DNA from: Callorhinchus milii
Taxonomy: Eukaryota
Assembly (NCBI RefSeq): GCF_018977255.1
Contig: NW_024704743.1
Span: forward strand, 115,508,001 to 115,572,000
DNA length: 64,000 nucleotides
Direction of reading: 5' to 3'
Shown here: in pieces, positions 24,436 through 37,960 of the stretch
How the letters are laid out: every line of letters starts with the position of its first letter
How positions within the stretch are numbered: the first letter of the stretch is position 1
The notes under the pieces: generated by a model
Database searches by the model: none
What the model was told of the DNA's origin: nothing
Seen by the model: only the letters and a program-made list of their open reading frames with translations
Program-made: the position numbers and the translations under genes

Positions 24436-25255
24436 CTTGAGACATCCTCCCAACGTGAAAGGCGCTTTACAAATGTAATTTTGTTATTGTTGTTGACAAG
24501 GTGTCAGCCTGGCTTAGTTGGTAACACTTTCTCCTCTGATCAGACGTACAACAACAACGACAAGTTGGATTTATATAGCGCCCTCCATGCTGAATGGTGT
24601 TTCAGAGCGCTTCACAGTAACGGATCCCGGGGAGGGGAGGAAGGTAACCAAAGGCGCGGTCGAAAAGAAGGTCTTCAGCAGAGACCTGAAAATAGGAAGA
24701 GAGGGGGCGAGGCAAAGGGAGTGAGGAAGGGAGTTTCAGAGCCTCGGGGCATAGTGACTGAAGGCACGACCACCGAGGGTGGAGGGAAGGACTCGGGGGA
24801 CAAGGAGGAGGCCAGACCCAGAGGAACGAAGGCAACGAACACTGTTTTGAGGAGAGGAGGTCAGAGAGGTAGGGGGTGCAGAGGAATGGAGGGACTTGAA
24901 GACGGGTGAGGATCTTGAAATCGATCCTCTTTGGGACAGGCAGCCAGAGCAGTCTGGCAAGGACTGGAGTAATCGGGGAACAGAGTTTGGTGCGGGAGAG
25001 AATACGGGCGGCAGAGTTTTGAATAAACTGAGGTCCTGTCTACCTGTCCAGGTAGAGATCCCATGACACTATTCAAAAAGAGAAGGGATGTTTCTTCCAA
25101 TGTCCTGGCCAATAATCTCCCAGATAAAGTTGGTAATTTGCATGGCTGTTTGTGGGACATTGTGTGCAAATTAGCTGTTGTGTTCACCTACAAATACAAA
25201 TAAAATCATGTGAAGCTCTTTGAGATGTCTCAATGACATGATATTAAAATGTAAG
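24436..25255. mobile_element. Cluster: L2 tail (+, 24436-24494) and old SINE (+, 24501-25255) interrupted by an L2 3' fragment (-, 24549-25020)
   Basis: LRSSGSGLLLVPR...GGRAFSHYAPRL on the minus strand; SINE head before and SINE body after. Confidence 0.82.
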
Positions 25256-25441
25256 AATTTTTTTACTGAGAAACACAGCTGAAGTTTTAGGTCCATAGTG
25301 CAGGATAGCCGATGGTTGAAAAGATTAGAGCAATAAAGATCACTTGAATCTATAACATATTCTTAAAAGTATTCTTTAAAGTATAGCAACTAGTTGTGAA
25401 TTTTGTTGGTAATATGCACACAGCAATGTCCCACAATTAGC

Positions 25442-26082
25442 CAACAACAACAAAATTACATTTGTATAGCACCTTTCACTTCGGGAGGACTTCCCAAGGC
25501 GTTGGACAGTCAGAGTTTCGGACCCGAGTTGGGGGTCAGGATTGGGGAGGGTGGAGGGCAGGGGGGGAAGCAGGGTGATCAAAAGCACGGTCGAAGAGGA
25601 GGGGCTTGAGATGGGTCTTGAAGTAGGAAAGGAAGGGGGGGCGAGGCGGAGCGACTGCGGGATGGAGTTCTGGAGGGTGGGGTAGAGTGGCAGTAGGCCC
25701 TCCCGCCAATGGTGGGGCAGGCGAGGTGGGAGACGTGAAGCAAGCTGGAGCCCGCTGAGTGGAAGGAGTGGGCAGGATGGTAGGGGAGTTGGGGTTAGGA
25801 GGTCGCAGAGGTAGTTGGGAACAAGACCGTGGAGGGCTTTGAAGGTGAGGACCAGGAACTTGAACTGTATCCTCTGTGTGATGAAAAGCCAGTGGAGTCG
25901 GGCGAGGATGGGAGTGATAGGGTCACGGAGCCTGGTACGGGTGAGGATATAGCCTGCAGAGTTCTGGATAATCTGATCTGCAACCTATGGAGAGAGTTGT
26001 TGCGGAGGCCAACAAGCAAGGAATTTGCATAGTCAAGCCTCGATGTAATTAATGCGTGTATGAGGGTTTCGGTGGCCTGCGC
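25442..26082 (-). mobile_element. L2 3' fragment
   Basis: ATETLIHALITSRLDYANSLL; (CAA)n tail. An old SINE remnant follows at about 26110-26300. Confidence 0.92.
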
Positions 26083-27198
26083 CAAGTGGTGAATAGCCAC
26101 TTAACTGGAGGATTGTTGGTCAGTTTACCTGGAGAAGCTACCTTCTCTTTTGGAAATAGTGTGATTTGCGAATTATCTTTAACTCCAACCTAAACAGGCA
26201 GATATTTTTGTTTGTTTTTAATGTCTTACCTGAAGGATGGCACCTCCAACAATACAGTACTCCTCAATGCTGCACTAGAGTATCATCCTTGACCATGCCT
26301 CTAAGTACATGTTAAATTTCTGAATAGGTAGTGTATGTAGATACATTATTGGGGCTGTTTAGATTTAGATTACAAAAAGGGTGGAATTGTAGAGCCCTGG
26401 AAGTGGAGAGGTTGTGTTCCCAGTGGGTTTGGGGCATGAATTGCAATTGGCTTCTCAGGACCTAGGGAAGGAGGCTTGACTGAGAGCCTCTAGAAGCGCA
26501 TATATATCATTTGGTGTTTACCCAGGCTGTATCCAAAGGTGGATATTGCTTGTTTTACTTGCCAAATGTGCCACAGTGCTATTTGTTTATTTGGTATTAT
26601 AATATAATTATATCTTTATTTTATGTATATTTTTAAATTTTACTTGTTTTTATATTATTTCTATGATTAATATAAACACATTATAACCCTTACATTTGGT
26701 ATAGTGCCTTTCAGTCGGGAAGATGTCCCATAGTACCTTACAGGATATACGGTAAAGTGCAGTGACTGTTTTGTGGGGGAACGGATAGATTTGATTTTCT
26801 AGAGTGTTAGATGTTGTATAGGTTTTTAGTTTGTGCTTGGAAATTATTCAGACCAGCTTTTCTCAGTGTGTCTAACTATGTTTCTCTGAAATGTCATGCA
26901 AACTGTGAAAGAGATAAATTTTACTGCAGATGGGAAAGAGGGATTTGCTTGACTTGTGAACAGCAATTTTTTTTCCATATTCTTCCCTCATCAGAACCCA
27001 TTGAATGATAGGAGAAGACTACAGAATGAATGTCGTTCAAGGAAATAGGGAGAAAAACCCCCCTGCAATTATTCAGCAGATGGTGACTCATCTGAATTTA
27101 AATGCTATTATACAGCTTCTTTGCAGCAAGAAAACTTGGCAATGTGGTGACTGATCTTTCCGTAGAAGTCAAAATCCAAATTCTGGCATGTTTATGTA

Positions 27199-27514
27199 TA
27201 ATAATAATAAACCTTGCATTTGATATAGCGCTTTTCACATCGGGAGGACGTCCCAAAGCGCTTCACAGAACACACTGTAAAGTGAATTGACTGTATATTT
27301 GTGGGCGAACGCAGCAGCCAATTGCATACAGCAATGTCCCACAAACAGTCGTAGATTGAAAACGACCAATTTATTATTGTTTTGGGTTTTGGAGGGATTA
27401 TTATTAGGCGTGTGGAGTAAGGAAACTTGCCCAAGGTTTCGTCCTTCCTGGAATTGAACTCCGGTCTCTCGCTTGCAAAGCGAGTGCTCTAACCACTGAG
27501 CTACAGGACTCCAC
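27199..27514 (-). mobile_element. Full-length tRNA-Deu SINE
   Basis: Reverse complement of the consensus architecture; loop CTCCC. Confidence 0.93.
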
Positions 27515-30112
27515 ATTATGAACACTGCATTATGATTTGCATCAGTAAATTAATTTTAAGTGATTTGATTTTTTTACTCTATTTTTGTGGCTTCAAGCAA
27601 GTATTTTACATGTACCTAGTTATTCTGTATTTTACATGTACCTAGTTATTCTGTTAGCAAAATTAAATACAAAATTGGTTTTGCAGGTTTACCCATATAT
27701 GATTGTGTATAATTTTTGGAAACCATTTGACTTATTAAAAGCGCGTGTTTGTGTAAAGGTCTTAAATATAATGGAAACTTTATCAGCTTTCCTGGTCATC
27801 ACATTAGTCACTGCTTCCCTCCACGAGTATGGCCTACACTGCACTCAGCTTGTCTGGCTCGTATTCTAGTTATCATTGACAGAATCTCTTATAAAATTGT
27901 CAGAACTCAAATTCCACACAGCAACCTTTAAATGTAACCATAATTAAAACATTAAAGACAATAGTGCAATCTATCAGTTTGAATCTAAATATACAGTGAA
28001 GCTCAATTATTCAGTATGGTGGTATTCTCCATTATAATGAATAATCAAGGTACCATTAAGTGCATTAGATAATAATTGGATTTGATATGGTGCCTATTGT
28101 GTTGAAATATGGGAACAGTGATTATTTTGTATACCTGTGTTTTGTCTGTATAATCCATGATTTATAGGTTGTAGATATTATTTTTCTGTTGTGGACATGT
28201 CTGGAGTGTTGTATTTTAGGAAATAATCAAAAGAGAGAATATAGAGACAACCCTTTTTTAAAAATATGAATATAATAAACCTTGCATTTTCAGTGGTGTG
28301 GAGAAGTAGAGCTCCTTTGCCACACAACATTCTGGACTGTCTGTTTTGCAAAAATATTTGAAGAGCTCAACAAGAGCAGAGCTCTGTCACTGTAATTGTA
28401 TTGAATTTTTTTTTAAAAAAACATGCCTACACAGAATTGATATAGGAGTGAGTGCATATATATGTATATAATTTTTAATACTTATCCCTTGCATTGATTG
28501 AGCTAAAATCCTCCTTTGAGGAAATTGCTTACATTTCAGAGTGGCAATGTGCACATGTCACATCATGGATACACAATTGACAGTGAATATAATTATTTTG
28601 TCTAGGATAAATGCATGTGCCAGGCTTCTAAGTGGAAAATAAAATGCCTTTCAGGCTTGAGTTTAATTCAGTGAGCTTATTATGGTACAATCGTCTCCCT
28701 TTCTTCCCCCCCCCCTCCCACACAATGTTCTTCTTTCCCCTCCTCCCTCTTCCAAAAACTGTCGTAGTTGTTTCACATAATCTTGCATTCATATTTAAAC
28801 AGCAGGGTGAAGCAGATACCCTGAAATAATGGACTTTCCTTAAGTAGCTTGTATTTGAACAGCAGGAGGTATGTCTCTACAAGGGGAAGTCTCTTCACCT
28901 TTGATGTGCAAAATGTCATGAACTAAATGGGCTGAATTTTGCCTGAATTAATTGAACATTCATGGATTTGAATGTCAGTCGAGACTGGAATGCAAACTTG
29001 TGACAACCTTTATTGAAAAAGCTGGCTCTCTAGCTAGAATTTATGGTGCCCTATTATTGCAATATTTAATCCTTCTACTGTGAAATTACAGTTCAAGGCC
29101 ACATAATAACTGGACTTTTAAACCTGTTAAAGAACATTATTGTTTACTGTGAGTAGTGTGGTGTACTCTTCCTCAGAGTATTTGCTGTTACTAATCCACT
29201 ATAGTCACCATTAATACAGTTTAGGTTATTCTAAGCCATTATATAATCATGTTGCTTTATTCTACCCGTATACAGCAAAAAAACAGGATGACTTAGTGCT
29301 TATTGAAGTATTGTTTAGTTGCAAGAACTACCAGTTACCAGCTTTGCTGCCAAGTAATACAATACATTGAAATAAGGATTTAATTAATTAAAACTGTTGG
29401 GTCTCAATACAAAGCACACTGTCAGCTTTTGTGGCTGAGATTGGCTAAACTGGGATTCAAAGACAGAATTTGGGCAAGGTGGACATAGTTTGTAAAATGC
29501 AGACATGTTGTTTGACAGATAGTCCTAAAGTAGTTAGAGGAATCTTCTTCCAACAGCTTTTCTTGCCTTTATGTAGTTGATTTCCCTTCTGTAGATCAAA
29601 CGTGATTATCAGAAAAGCAGTAACAGTATGTTTTGTAACTGAAGAGATTTTTGCAGTTCTTACAACTCAAGAGAAACTAAATGTTACCTCTTCCTTCCTG
29701 CCTCCCCAAGGCAGTCAAGGAAGATGGGACCCTTTCTATTTTATAATGGAGCTTTTTGTGGCTCTCTCAACTAACTGACCGGGGCAACATCATCAACTCC
29801 TAGACCTTATTAAAGAGATGCCTCCAGATGCATTGTTTCCTTATTGGTGCTGAGAACTGGTACAAACCATAAGCATCTGATGAGAGCAGCTATTTGTCCA
29901 TGATGGACCGGTGTTTGTTCAGTCTGCTGCTATGGAGAGTGACTAATAAATTTGGGGATACAGTTCCTTACTTTTCCCCACCCCTTTTTCATTTTATAGC
30001 CTTCATACATAAAAAGGAACATATCCCACAGCTGAGGATTATATTGGATCTATTTAGACATCTGCTCTGTCTCCTGCTTTAATGAATAAATATGAAGTTA
30101 CATCAAGGCAGC

Positions 30113-30300
30113 AGGACAAGCGAGCACAAGCTCAGGGTTGTAGCGGTAATTTTACAACAGACACAATGAAGTTTTTTTAATGCAGTGAGTAATCAACTGC
30201 TGGAATCGATTACCAGGAAGGGTGCTGGAAACCAGAACACTGAATTCATTGAAGAAACAGTTTAGATATGTAACACGGAAAACAGTATGGTGGATATGCT
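30113..30300 (+). mobile_element. Degenerate CR1 3' fragment
   Basis: ggacaagcgagcacaagctcagg...gagtaatcaactgctggaatcgattaccagg (RT..H.L...VINCWNRLP pattern). Confidence 0.6.
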
Positions 30301-31380
30301 GTAAGGATGAGATCAAATCGGTGGAAGAATATTCTTCATACAAGCCTCTCTTGTGAGTTGCCTGGTCTGATAATCTACCTATTTCCCCTAGTATATGTGA
30401 CAGTTATTGATGGTGACTACCCAGCTGCATCTATAGATGAGTGAGAGGGGGAATTGAGTACAACAATGGAGCTGTCAATTCTACATTTGGTCTCTAGAAT
30501 CTAAGTATAATGACCCTAGTGTAGATCAGTTCAGACATGAAAATAAACTAATCTTGTGCAATGGCAAAATATTTGACCACGTTAATGTTTAAAGGTACAC
30601 ATGAGATTTAAAAAAAAACTTCAAAGGTAGTTAGATAAATGGTTATCACCGGATAAAAGTTCTGAGGGTCACACAGAGTTAATCTGTCAGAAACCTCTGT
30701 TTAGCAAAACAAACTGAGGCTATTGCAAAACTGAGCTTCTGTTTCAAGTCATTATAAATTGCTTTAAAATAATCCTGGGGCCTGTGATATCCGGAGTATA
30801 GGAATGGCTAGCAATTATTTAATAGTTTCCCTTTTCCTTACTGTGTTTCTGCAAACAGCTCATGTGCTCTCGCTATCATTAATCTTCCGGTGTGGCCAGC
30901 AGGCTAGTGTAATTTCTAGTGCAAAACTCATTAATTCTTTCCCCTACTCACCTACCCCCCCCTCCCCCCCCGCAATTTCCACGGTCCATCTGGCAACAGC
31001 AAAAGTGACCAGCTTCACTCAGCTGAGGCAGAAGGCCTTGGGACATGAACCCCATATATTTTAATCTCTTGTTTTGGTATTGTACCGTAAAACATGTTGC
31101 ATTGAGTTAAAGTTGCACAGCAGTATCTTTTGTATGTTGTTGAAAACGCTAACGTATTTTTAAAGCTCAATTTTGTAGTTTTACAGCCAGAGGTTTTTAT
31201 TACCTGTGTATTCTTGAAAAAGAGAAACATTTTAAAAATGACGAGAGTGGTACAAAATGCACAGACAGGAATCACAGGCATGATGGGCTCCTATTGTGCT
31301 GTAAGATTTTATAATAAAAGTCAATCTGCTGTTAATTTTCAAGGAAAAGACTAATTTAATGTTCTTTTCTTTCCCTCCAG

Positions 31381-31468
31381 ATATGAGTTACGAGTTCGGT
31401 ATTTACCAAAGGGTTTTCTGAATGAATTCAGTGAAGACAAGCCAACCTTAAATTTCTTTTACCAACAG
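31381..31468 (+). CDS. PTK2: PTK2 coding exon 3 (88 nt)
   Basis: Polypyrimidine tract + ctccAG; (R)[29 protein letters not shown]; cag|GTGAGT, phase 0. Confidence 0.97.
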
Positions 31469-33848
31469 GTGAGTTGCTGTCTTTCTTTAGAATATTCATT
31501 TTCGGCATGGTGTTGGTGTGTATGAATGCCATTTTAGATCTCAAATAATGTGTACATAGAAAAGGTCTGGGTTTTAATTTTTGTTGCCCAACTTTTGCCA
31601 TTAGGTTCTGTTCAGCCTTTAAGTTTATTCACTGTACATAGTTATTTTATCCTTGGTATCTAATCCAGGGTTTGTCCTTGTGAACCTATGTATGTACTTT
31701 GGCAATTATGTTGACTGGGAGGTTGGTTGAAGCATTGAGTATTTAGCTATTGAATTGATTACCCCAAGTTTAAGATGAGCAGGAAAAAATTCTGTTGGTT
31801 CGGGTAATTTACAAATAAATAATAGCAGAGGGTGAAAAAATATAGCGGTAAGATCTTGATGGTTGCACTAATCCTTAGTGTGTTCTTAATTAAATGATGT
31901 GAGTTTGGACCACAGTAGGGTGCAGTAGTTTATCTCCAATATAAATCATTTTATTTAAATAATTTAAATAATTCAGTTCCTATTTCTGAACACTATCCAG
32001 TGAATTCTGCTGGGAAGTTTGCATTTACTTCAATTGAGGACTGAATCAGGCTCAGCAGTGATGCTCCCAAAAGTTGCCAACATCACTGAATAATGGCTAA
32101 TTGAGAAAGATAGTCTTGACCCATCACCACATGGGCACTTACCGACTGCAGTAACAGACATGCTCATTTACCGGCTATATTAAATTACGCATGACCAGTG
32201 TTGATTTATTGATTAAATCAGATTTTATCCGATATATATAGTTTGTCTGCAACTCTGACTTTGTGCAAGTCATATCCTGACTGATATGACTTATGTGAGT
32301 TTTACTGTATTGCTACATTAACTATTAGTGTAACCTGGATCCAGTGCCTTATGACAAATTCTAATCTTTATTCTACCTTTCTGTGAATCATGATTATTCT
32401 ACAGTGACGAGATCAAAATAACCTCTTATAGCAAGCCATCTGTATCATCACAATACATATTTGACTGTCTTCAGCATTCATTATATCTATTTTATTGAGA
32501 CTAATGTATGTTTAGATTGTTGATGTCTGGAAGTGCGTAATAAGGCTGCTGTTTAATCTTAGATTCGGGTGATGTTGTGAATTATTAAAGCTTCACTGCT
32601 ATGTAGTCCTTGTATAAATACAAAGTCTTAAATCAAATTATAGGCTAATCGCTTACATTCAATAATTTTATGCATCCTATGATCTGGACTGTTAGTTTCC
32701 TTGCAATCGTGCTTTTGAAGAGCAAACTCATTTTATCTGCTCCCCTCCACCCCACATCCACTGAATAATCTTGAAGCATTATTTTGTAGTTGTATCATCA
32801 CAAAAGCCTCAGCTGTCAGCACAGTATCTCCATAACTATCAGTCATATGATTAAGATTATAATTTATACTTCCAACATTTTCTAATACCCAACACCTTTT
32901 CCATTTGTGGTGATTGCCTCAGTTTTTCAATGAGGAAGTTGTACATCAACAACATGGCGTATCAGAGTTGCCGATGTCGGCCATGGTTCTCACCTCCAGC
33001 AAAGTAAATCTGTGTTGTATAATAAAATATGTGTACTTTTAGAAAACAATGCAATATGTGACAATATTTCCAATCAGTTAGTCTGAGGAGATTCTGATAA
33101 TGGAAAGTATTTAATCTTGGCTTGTACTGTTGTTGGTCGCATTTGAACCTTGTGATTTAATCGCAGCTTTATCACTCACTACCAACCTCTCCATGATTGT
33201 ATACAAAATAAAAAGGAATGCTGCAAGTAGTTGGAAATTATGTTGTGAATTGATTTTTTTTAGCAATCATTGCGAATCACTTGCTGGGCAGTAATTCAGA
33301 CCATAGTAATTGATGTGCTGCATCAGTTATTTTAATCACTAATTTGATATATCCTCCCTCTCACAAATTGAATTTATGGCTGCAAAGATTGTGGTCCCAC
33401 CAAATGGGAGAGAAGTGTGGGAACTGTCAGCACTGTTGAGGTGTTTTTAGGCAGTTTTTGGAGACTGATCGAGAGAGGATCAAACTGAATGGTAGATAGT
33501 GGGGTATAGTGGCTGAATAAAGGCTTGTCCAGTGAGTTGGAGCTTGTGGATGGTGGAGCTGAGGAGGCCAGGGAGGAGGCATTTGAAGGTCAGCTCAGGA
33601 ATGAATTCAGTCAGCAATACTCAGTAGTATGCTGAGCAATTCACAAAACCCACTGAGGTACTTTCTGCAGAAAAGACTTCACTTTGCACAAAAAATAAAT
33701 TTAGTATGAACTGAAAAATGTGGGATTAATGCCTTAATTGAGATTCTTTCATTAATATCCATTTCAAAAATTAAAGTCCTACAAAAAATGTTTTTTTTAA
33801 TTAATTCCGTGGTGGTAGATGTACAACTTTATTAATAAGGGAGATAGA

Positions 33849-34452
33849 ACAATACAAAATTACATTTGTATAGTGCCTTTGATGTCGGGAGGATGTCCCA
33901 AGACGCTGAACAATCAGGGATTAGGACCCAAGCGGGGGGATTGGAAACAAGGAGGGTGGTGGGCAGAGATGGTAGGAGGATGGTCGAAGGCACAGTCGCA
34001 GAGGAAGGTTGATAAGGGGTTAGCAGTCGGAATGGTAGGAGGGGACAAGGCCATGGAGGGCTTGAAGGTGAGGATGAGAATTTTGAACTCGATCCTCTGA
34101 GGGATTTAGCCGGACGAGGGTGGGTGTGATGGGGGTCACAGAGCCTGGTCCGGGAGACGACACAAGCTGCAGATTTATGGATGATCTGCAGCTTGTGTAG
34201 GGAAGAGTTGGGAAGGCCGGCAAGCAGGGCGTTGGCATAGTCGAGCCTGGATAAAATGAAGACACGTATGAGGATTTCGGCAGCCTGACGGGTGAGGCAA
34301 TGGTGGAGTCGGGCAATGTTGTGGAGGTGGGGCAAGGCAGAGCAGGTCATGGTACGGATGTTGGGGAGAAAATTGAGGAAAGTTGGCTCTCATCCAGGAC
34401 TTGATGTTGACCCCCATGTGTACGGATGATGTCACCAAGAGGAGCATGTACA
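33849..34452 (-). mobile_element. Internally deleted L2 3' fragment
   Basis: ILSRLDYANALL; joins GDII..HGVN directly to IKSWMRANF. Confidence 0.9.
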
Positions 34453-34941
34453 TAGACAGTGTGATGCATTTGAATTCACAAACCATATAATTCTTTTTTT
34501 TTAATTTTCGGCATTGTGAATTGCTTGGTAACTAAACGTTAATGTGCTATTGACCGGATTCAGTCCTATGTACGCACTCTGATTCAAATACCCTCATCAG
34601 TGGCCTCCCCAGTGCCAAGAAAGGTCTCTGTCTGTGGGGAGCTAGTTGTTCTCAGCCAGTGTGTCTGGGCTAGAGACTGTAATAAAGTCATCCAGGTTTC
34701 CTCAGTCCCTGTGGCAAAGTTAAGATCAAGACTCATGCTAAGTACAGCTGTGGAACTGTTCCCAGCATGAGTCAACACCTTCAGAAGGTGAGCAATTGGG
34801 GAATGATGTGGTTTTTTTAGAAACTGAGTTAAATTTGAGGTGAATGGCTCCACACAGGGCTATAACTTTGCTGTGTTTTTGAGTCTTAAGTGCTGAAGTG
34901 CATATCACTTTGCTTTCCTTAGCTTTCAACAGCCCTTGCTG

Positions 34942-35330
34942 TTACAACAACAACTTGCACTTGTATAGCGCCCTCCATGCAGGGTAGCATCTCAGAGCAC
35001 TTAACAGTGTCGGAGCTCGACTCCAAAGAGCGGGAGGTGGCCATAAGCACGGTCGAAGAGGAATGTTTTCAAGGGGGACTTGAAAGAGGGGCGAGAGAGG
35101 GCAAGGTGGAGGGATTGAGGGAGAGTGTTCCAGCGTTTCGGGGCATAGTAGCTGAAAGCGCGACCTCCGATGGTGGGACGGAGGGCGTGAGGGATGAGCA
35201 GGAGGCCAGTGCCAGTCGAGCGGAGGTGCCAGGTAGTGGATTGGGGAGTGAGGAGGTCGGAGAAGGAAGTGAATGGATTTGAACATGAGTGTGAGGATCT
35301 TGAAGTCGAATGGGACTTGCTGACAGTGGA
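34942..35330 (-). mobile_element. L2 3' fragment (second tail type)
   Basis: LRSTGTGLLLIP...IGGRAFSYYAPKRWNTLP...FKSPLKTFLF. Confidence 0.9.
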
Positions 35331-35489
35331 GACCAACCAAACTGTTAGCCCTAATTGCAAGATTAAATGCCTTGTAGTAATCATTTTACTTCATTTTTTT
35401 AAAACAAAAATGCAATACAAACAGGTATTTATCAGAGCCAGACAACTGTAGTGGATTATCCTAGTACCGGGAATTGAAAATGGTGCTTT

Positions 35490-36330
35490 ATAACCTGGGC
35501 CAATATAAAATGTGGAAATATTTGCCTGAAAATTGCTGGGGGGATTTGGCGAATTTTGGGGAAAATTGCAGGTGGGTTTGCAGGTGCTATTGAGGTACAT
35601 TTTACTGCTAACTTTATTTTTCCACATTATTGATAAAAACTAAACACGAGGAAATAACACATGTTAGATTGTTGCAAAAAACATATTAATTGTTCTGTAA
35701 CAAAACCTGGGTGGCCTTTTTTTGGGGAGGGAGGGTAAACAACAGTGAGGCTACAGAAGCTCTCAGGGCCCAGCACCGCACACAGACCCAGAGAGAGAGA
35801 CACACATACAGACACAGAGACACACTCACTCACAGACACAGAGAGACAGATGCAGAGAGAGACTCACAGATACAGAGAGAGATACCCACACACTCTCAGA
35901 CACAGAGCGAGACACACACACTCACAGAGAGACACAGACACAGAGAGAAATACACACTCACAGACACAAAGAGACACACATTCTCAGAGAGAGGCACACA
36001 CTCACATAGAGTCACTCACAAACACAGAGAGACACACAGGCAAAACCACAAACACGTAGGAGAGGGAGACACAAACATACTCACACAGACACTCATAAAC
36101 AGAGAGAGACACAGACACTCTCACATGAATATAGAGATACATATACACAGACAATCATACGCACTCACACACACACACATAGAGACATACAGACAATCAC
36201 AACAGCAGGGCCTCCAAGTGAAGCCCATTTGACGTTTGCGCCACACTGCACATGCATGTCCGGAGCTGCACCGCCCACAGTGACGTCAGGTAAACAGCTG
36301 GGAGGCTCACAGGCCAAAAACTACATTTAA
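35490..36330. repeat. Unclassified repeat family C with an internal (CA/GA) low-complexity tract (35780-36200)
   Basis: Colinear with 62875-63350: cctgggccaata, ggtgctattgaggtacattttactgc, attgataaaaactaaa, ggctacag.agctc, cagggcc..caccgc, then the CA/GA tract. Confidence 0.8.
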
Positions 36331-37799
36331 AACGGGTTTGTAGCAGAAGGTTGTTTGTGGCATGTTCCGCAGCCGCACTTTTCTATTGTCCCGGTTTATA
36401 ACCAACAGCTATATAGCAGCTAGACAGGCAATTTGCATCAATTGGACTTGTCTTTTAATTTCTCACTGTCCCTTGGGTAAACCTTCAAACCTCTACAATT
36501 CTATTGGTTTAATTCGCCAAGCTTACATATCTTCCATGTGTAAATTATTGAGGGGCATTTGCATTAACTCCCATTTGGAATACCTTGGGATGAATTATCA
36601 TTGGAAAATGCTCATGGGCCCGCTAATTAAAATTAGTTATGTGGTTAGCTGATTATCAATTCTGCATTTCTATTGCATTTTGTATCAGGGCAGAATTTTG
36701 ATGCAACGGGTTTATGGGTTTAAAACTGATCTATTTACAAGCCAACAAGAAAGCTGCTACAGCTTCAATTAACGAAAGTGCCTGAAGCAGAGCTCTGCTA
36801 CAATGCAGCCCACATGAACAGATGAAATGTTAGAACAGTTCAGTTCGATTTGTACTTATCAAAGGCGAACTTCATCAGAAAGACAAGACCACAAAAATGG
36901 AAAGAATGTGGAGATTTCTCTAAAGTGCTCAATTCAGTCAATGGTTTGGCAGCGTTTAACACTCATTCGAATAAAAATAGCTGTAAATAGCAGTACAAAT
37001 TTAAATACATATGAAACATTGACTATTAGATGTGTGCAGCAACTAATGATCCTGTTGTATCAATCCCCAAGGCAACCGACAAGTACAGGGGAACCAATTT
37101 CTAAAGCAGTTCACAAGGTTCAGCAACTCAGAGTCCATATGCAAACGTGAAAAAAATGTTCAGGACTTCCAGTTGTATTGCTTCCAGCACACTGCTCCTG
37201 GCTGTACATTAGACATTTCTCGTGAGAGAAGCTGGGTGTTGTGCTTCTGGTTAACATGCATGCACAGGACACAAGTGCTATAGTGTGAGAGAGGGTGGGC
37301 GTTGCATTTTTTAATTGTATCCAAGTTGCGGAGTTTTTATTTGTATTCAAGTTGTATTCACTAGACAGCAGTTTTACAGTGGTATGATACAAATACATTT
37401 GTTACTTTTGAATTCAACTTATTTGTGTTGTCTGCAATTATATTCTTAGAATACCTTTGTGTATTTCCAGGGGATGGTTTGGTTCAGTACAGCACCTAGG
37501 CTTGGAGTTTCTACACATTTATCAGATAGATTTAGTTATATATGAAGGTATATAAAAATAATTTTGTGGTTGTGCAGTTAGCATCTGCTTTTCATATTGT
37601 ATACTTGGAAAGTGCCCAGCATTGATTCACCAAATGAATAGATGAAGGGTTTCAGCTACGATAGGTTGAATAAATAGATTGGGTTCACTTGAGCTGCAGC
37701 TATCAAGGGGTGATCTGATTTGGATATTTCATATCATGACAAACCAGGCAAGGATGACTTTTTAGGGTTAATGGAGGCTGGTGGGAAGAATCTCTACCC

Positions 37800-37960
37800 C
37801 CACTTGCTGGTCTGTGATCAGCAGTGTCCTGGAGTACTGTGGACCTGCCTTGCTCAGGAAATGGACTACCAAGACCGTCAGAAGGTTGTCTCTATTTTGA
37901 CATTCTGTTACCAAGCATGTCACCTTGGAGTCATCTCAGCCCCAAGGAGACCCACGCTTT
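37800..37960 (-). repeat. Family A repeat fragment followed by a (CT)n/poly-C tract
   Basis: atcagcagtgtcctgga...catgtcaccttggagtcatctcagccccaagg matches 47009-47145. Confidence 0.7.

Noticed and set aside
24436..24620. Tail-to-tail L2 ends as a miR-151-like hairpin (mammalian miR-151 is L2-derived and lies in PTK2)
   Set aside because: Tails belong to different families, are separated by a SINE head and pair poorly; there is no basis for orthology.
35690..36232. 180-aa His/Thr/Arg-rich ORF
   Set aside because: Translation of the CA/GA low-complexity tract.
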